This document shows positions 58,701 through 64,000 of a stretch of DNA of 64,000 nt, one piece after another. The notes under the pieces were generated by a model. The model did not search any database, was not told the origin of the DNA, and saw nothing but the letters and a program-made list of their open reading frames with translations. Origin of the DNA: Squalus acanthias. Lineage: Eukaryota. A program made the translations under genes and the position numbers. Position 1 is the stretch's first letter; each line of letters starts with the position of its first letter. The stretch is taken from NCBI GenBank assembly GCA_030390025.1, contig CM059432.1, positions 70,496,001 to 70,560,000 of the forward strand, written 5' to 3'.

Positions 58701-61304
58701 CTTGTGTTTCCTGCTTTTGTCACTGTTTCCATGGTTGTAATAAAGTTGTCCAATGAGTAAAAAGTATTTTGCATATTTACATAGTACATAGAATTCCATG
58801 ATATCCCTAATAAGGATACAATCTTTAGCAGTTTTAAGTTTTAAAATGACAGATGATCAAAGAATGTTAATGTGGGGCTTGAATAACTCCTGAAGGGTAA
58901 GGTTGTTTTACATGTCCTATCGAGTTCATGAGTCACTTTTTTTCTTTTTGTTTTGAAATCACATGGGAATGGATCATTAGCTTTGTTTCCAGATACAAAG
59001 TTTGGCATTAGAACCATGTGATGGGTTTCTGTTTACAATTACCCTTTTGAGTCTTTTAATGCTGTGTTGGAACTTCACTAGTGCAAGAATTTATTACAAC
59101 AGTGGCCTTTCTGGCAAATGTGTTAAAGGAAGAAAAGCTTTAAACTGAACTTTCACTCTCCTTTATGGCTTCATTAGTTTCTTAGCCAAATAACAACTGG
59201 ATTGAAATCCCCTTATTGCATCTCAGCCAACACTGTCAGGTTTGTGTCACAGTAAATAGTGGGCTGGGAAATTACTGTACAATCATGCAAATTGTAGGCT
59301 AGTCTGGGATGAGAGGTCATTTGATTTATATAAACACCAGGAAGTAGCACAGAAAAAAAACTCACCAGTTAGTTCCTCAATTTTAGCCGTACTACGGGGA
59401 GTGGATAAAGCAGCTGTAAGTTTTCTCTGAGGTGCTTTCTGTTCAATGTTGCATAAAATTTGGTGTGTGTTTTAATCCACATGAAGAAAATTTCCCTTGG
59501 ATTGTTAAAAACTAGTACTTAGTACAACTAAGACCAATTCTATCTGATTCCCATTTGGACACAGGGAAAAGTAAGTAATTTTCAGTCTCTGAACTGTTTT
59601 TGTGTGCACGAAATGGACAAGGTGTTGAACTTTATCCTTTGTGTTAAATGTTCTGTAATTTTATTTTAAAAGATTAACAACGGTATTAAAATAGCGCACA
59701 AAGCAGTTTATGAATGTGTTAACCAGCATGCTGCCAGAGGAAATAAAATCCCTTGATAAACTGTGGTGCTCATTGATATGAATGTGTAGTCTTGGACACA
59801 CAGATCTTTAACGTTACATGGTGTTTCCTCTGGCAGTGACCAAAGAATTTCTTTTAAATCGATGGGTTTTCCTTTCAAAGGAAGATCATTATGTAAATGT
59901 TTGCCAGCCTGCAGCGCTCAGAACTTTTAATAATGGAAATAAAAAAGGCACAGAAGGTAAAATTAAGCTTACAGTAAGAAATGCAAAGTTTTATTGAACA
60001 AAAGGTGTTTGATGAACTGCAAATAGAAGCTCATTTTCTACATTAAAGAATGAAGCTGAGATCATTTTTCTAAATATATACCTTGTTTTGTCTCATTTAA
60101 TTTGATCTATATCTTAAATAAAATCTTAATTTTCGTCTGATGACGTTCCTATGAAGTACATTGGGATCAATATATACCTATAGTCATTGAATAGCATCTC
60201 CTGGAGGATTGTGCCCATCAATCTATCTGAGATTGATGTTCTCACTCTGCCGGCTGAAGAAATGTAGGGAACTGGCAAGGGTATTATCCTTTACTCGATT
60301 GTACAATTCCAGTTCTAAGTTATTCTCTCTTAACTCCCATTTCCTGGTTGTTCCAGAAGCATCACCAATGTGTGTGGCGGTGGTCTTATGATGAGACTCC
60401 CCCAATGTATGTTTGTTACTTTTTCCCCCCTCTGCGTCATAATGAGGGCATATAGTGTTAGATAGCAAATTGATATGAACAACTTGGGATTTCTTTCTGC
60501 AGCCGAGAGATTTATATGTCAATTCAGTCGATCAGAGGCAATGCTTCGCCTTTTTGGGCAAATTCCAGTTTTCACTAAAGTAATCTAATCCCACTACCAG
60601 GGACTAGGACACCCTTGGATGTGATTTGATGCCGGCTTTGGATGCCAAGGCAGGTACAACATGGATGCATTGCATTGCAAAGCTCCTTCTGCCTGATGAA
60701 AGTGCCTTAATCTCTGCCTCTGAAGAACATCCGCGCTCCCTCTCCTCTCCTTGCTGCCTCTCTTTTTGCCTCACCACATCTCGTCTCGCAACCCCCCCCA
60801 CCTCGTCCCCTGGGATGGACTGTTATGCTTTGGAGTTTCTCAAACCTTTTTAATCTGTTAGGCAGCTTCCATAAGTAGACTGAGTCTCCTACAAACCAAA
60901 ACCTGCACCCTCTGTGTCCCCTGAGCTATATATCGTACCAATTGTCTAACAATTGCCCCTAACATATATTAGTTATGCCCTAGGATGCCCACCACATTCT
61001 CCTGTCTACTCTGAAAGGCACCATTTAGCATACTACCAGACCTTTGTTTGGGCTAAATCTAAGGAGCATATTTATTTACAAGGAAGATTATTCACAAAAG
61101 CAGTGGAAAAATACAGAGGCTAGATTACTTAAAAACAATAGATAGATTCAGTCTACAAGGGATTAAAATGCGCTTTTCCAGAATGTACTTCTTTGCAGTT
61201 TGTAATGTGATGAGACTTTTGGCTAAAACAGTCTGTCACAGAACTTCAATGACGCAATGCTGTATGCGAGTAATGTGATTTTAAAGTCAGTCCATGGAAT
61301 CTAA

Positions 61305-63035
61305 GGCCGCGATTTCGCCTAACTCGGTGGGTCCAGTGCGGCCGGGGTCGGTCGCGGGGTGTGACCCCACTGCTGGCCTCCAGCCCGCTCTTTGAAATGA
61401 TTTTACGCTGATTGGGCTTGTTAAGCTCGTCCAGCGTCTTTGCCGGCCAAATGAAGGAAGTCGGTCTGATGGCGTCACTTGATGACGTGTCATCAGCCGG
61501 TTTCCTTAAAGGGACCATGCGCAAATTGATTTTGACAGTCAGTGTTCTACAGCATTGAGGTGCTGCAAACACTGACAACACTGCATAGAGGTGCATGGCT
61601 GCACCCAGGCTCTCCCATGACTCCCTCCATATGCTTATGGAGGGAGTCACAGCACGCACGGAGGTCCTCTTCCCTTCCCATGAGCATAAGAGACCTCCCC
61701 AGGAGATCAACGCAGCCTGGTTGCACATTGCACAGGAGGACACAAGCAGGGATGTCGTTAGGAGGACCAGGTTTGCAGTGGCACAAACCTTTCAATGATC
61801 TCAGTAGATCACGAAATGTTACTGCAAAGCCACGCTCAACTTCATTCTGCTGTGCCACTCATCACATCACCTTCCCTACTCAACTCCTGCACATCCTTAC
61901 TCACACCAGCTTACCTTGCACCTCCACCCATCCCTCTCTATCTACCTTATCACATCCCCATCTCACTAGCCAGTCACCCTCATCCTAGTCCATTCATATG
62001 AACTAACAACACACAAGGGTAGGCACTTGGGTGTTTTAGCCAATGTTCATGTGAAGTTTCTGTTAATGTGCTGTCAAACATTGAAATCTTTATTTTCAAC
62101 ATTTTGCGTTCTTGGACAGATTTGCGTGCACCTTTGGAAGTGGCTTAGTGAGTTCCAGTGAATGGTGAGACATAACGGTACCCCCTGCAATGGTGATGAG
62201 TGTGAAAGGAATGGCTTGGGCATTGTAGAGATGCTTTATGGTGTTGGTGTGGGGTGGTGCCAACCTGGTGCATCATGTGGCAGCCAGCATGTACAGCATC
62301 AAGTGAAGTAAATCTGGCCATGGTGAGGCCATCCCTCAATGTGGTTGGGTGCTGATGCCCTGTGTCCTGTGCAGCACCAGCTGATTGTGGAGAAGGTTGG
62401 TGCTGCTGGTGTGCCCAGGTGATGCTGGTTTTGGGGCTGATTCTGAGGACCAAGGTGAGATTTTTTTCAAGGGCACCGATGCTGATGGAATAGATGGCAG
62501 GTGAGGTTGAGATGGCAGAAGCAATCTGTCAATGGTGAGAGGTTGCTCCAATGAGATGACACTGGATACAGAGTTTGCTCCAAACACTTGCTAGCTGCAT
62601 AAAGCTCAATCTGTCTTCCAAATGCAGTAAGCAACAGCTTCTAACCTTGGAAAGTGAACACCTATGAAATGGGAGCTTTTATATACCATTTGCAGCTGTC
62701 AAGTTAGTAAATCATCCCATACTGACACAACACCCGACCTCCTTACCTGATGTGATTCCCGAGCAGCGGGGAAGCCATTGGCGAACTCTTAAAATCTAAA
62801 GGTGAGCTTAAAATACTATTTAATTGCCTCTTAACAATCTCTTAATGATCTAATTTGCCTCCCCCACCGCTTGGTGTCGGGTCTGTTCAGCGATGACAGA
62901 CCCAACATCTGGGAGACTAGTGTGGAGGTGGGTTGACAGCAGGTTCCCTACCCGCTGTCCAAAAAAAAAAAATTCCCACCCGACCCGCCACCAAACGTGC
63001 CCGCTGACCCCCCAAATTCCCAAAAAATCCCCCCC
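61305..63035. mobile_element. Internally deleted Harbinger/PIF element
   Basis: TSD taa (61302-61304, 63036-63038); degenerate TIRs ggccgcgatttc / aaaatccccccc; Myb exon on +, transposase N+C remnant on - (62145-62453). Confidence 0.8.
61595..61812 (+). pseudogene. Harbinger Myb/SANT exon 1 remnant
   Basis: MAAPRLSHDSLHMLMEGVTARTEVLFP...AAWLHIAQE...RRT, then LQWHKPFNDL in a shifted frame. Confidence 0.8.
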
Positions 63036-63164
63036 TAAATTTCAATTCCAGAAACTGAGCTGCTAATATTGAGACAAGTCAATAGTAAATATCCCAGACA
63101 AAAAGGCCTCTAATCCAGTGCTATCAGTCAAATTTAGAGGCATAATGCAATACATTCCAGATAG

Positions 63165-64000
63165 TCATATCTCGCTGTGTAAAAAATGTTTCTTCATATC
63201 ACTTCCGGTTCTTTTGTTAATTACCTTAATTCTGTGTCCTCTGGTTACTGACCCCTCTGCCAGTGGAAACCGTTTCTCCTTATTTACTCTATCAAAACCT
63301 TTCATGATTTTGAACACCTCTATTAAATCTCCCCTTAACTTTCTCTGCTCTAAGGAGAACAACCCCAGCTTCTCCAGTCTCTCCACATAACTGAAGTCCC
63401 TCATCCCTGGTACCATTCTAGTAAATCTCTTTGGCACCCTCTCCAAGGCCTTGACATCCTTCCTAAAGTGTGGTGCCCAGAATTGAACACAATACTCCAG
63501 CTGAGGGCTAATGAGTATTTTATAAAGATTTAACATAACTTTCTTGCTTTTGTACTCTATTAATAAAGCCAAAGATCCCGTATGCTTTTTTAGCAGCCTT
63601 CTCACCATGTCCACCCACCTTCAAAGACGTGTGTACATGCACCCCCAGGTCTCTATCTTCCTGTACCCTCTTAAAATTGCACTATTTACTTTATATTGCC
63701 TCAGCTCATCCTTCCTACCAAAATGTAATACTTCACACTTCTGTTAAATTCCATCTGCCATGGGTCTGTCCATTTCACCAGTCTGTCTATGTCCTCCTGA
63801 ATTCTGTTACACTCCTCCTCATTATTTACGACATTTCTCAGTTTTGTTTACTACATTTCTAAGTTTTGTGCAAACTTTGAAACTATACCCTGTATACCCA
63901 AGACGAGGTCATTAATATACATCAAAAAGAGCAGTGGTCCTAACACTGACCCCTGGGGAACACCACTCTATATATTTCCCTCCATTCTGGAAAACAACCC
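63165..64000 (-). mobile_element. CR1 ORF2 3' region, running off the window end
   Basis: ORF 63165-63614 QLEYCVQFWAPHFRKDVKALERV; PQGSVLGP (reversed) near 63935-63960. Confidence 0.88.

Noticed and set aside
60209..60853. Short ORFs as host exons
   Set aside because: No recognisable domain or convincing splice-site pair. Short host exons anywhere in the unique DNA cannot be excluded by eye.

Overview
Eukaryotic, repeat-dominated window with no host exon that I can support. The repeat repertoire suggests a cartilaginous fish (inference): CR1 LINEs with an SGNH-esterase ORF1, L2 tails, a Deu-domain-like tRNA SINE, Penelope-type pLTRs and Harbinger elements. It contains many nested CR1 fragments, three internally deleted Harbinger/PIF elements that keep their Myb/SANT gene, several Harbinger-type MITEs with 3-bp TSDs, and a processed ATP5MC pseudogene. 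Three items stand out. (1) A TSD-flanked tandem array of 338-bp units, each with an intact minimal type I hammerhead ribozyme core (retrozyme-like, Penelope-derived); related hammerheads lie at 33.4 kb and 49 kb. (2) An apparently full-length single-ORF EN-RT LINE (9536-13618) whose 5' end is a tRNA-like Pol III promoter and whose sense strand is almost free of TTTT terminators. (3) A pol-less endogenous retrovirus-like element (36021-46325, minus) with 805-bp LTRs, a tRNA-Lys PBS, a gag with a CCHC knuckle and duplicated LYPPL motifs, an unknown ORF and an env transmembrane remnant. Boundaries of older, decayed repeats are approximate. Family names come from motif recognition, not database searches.
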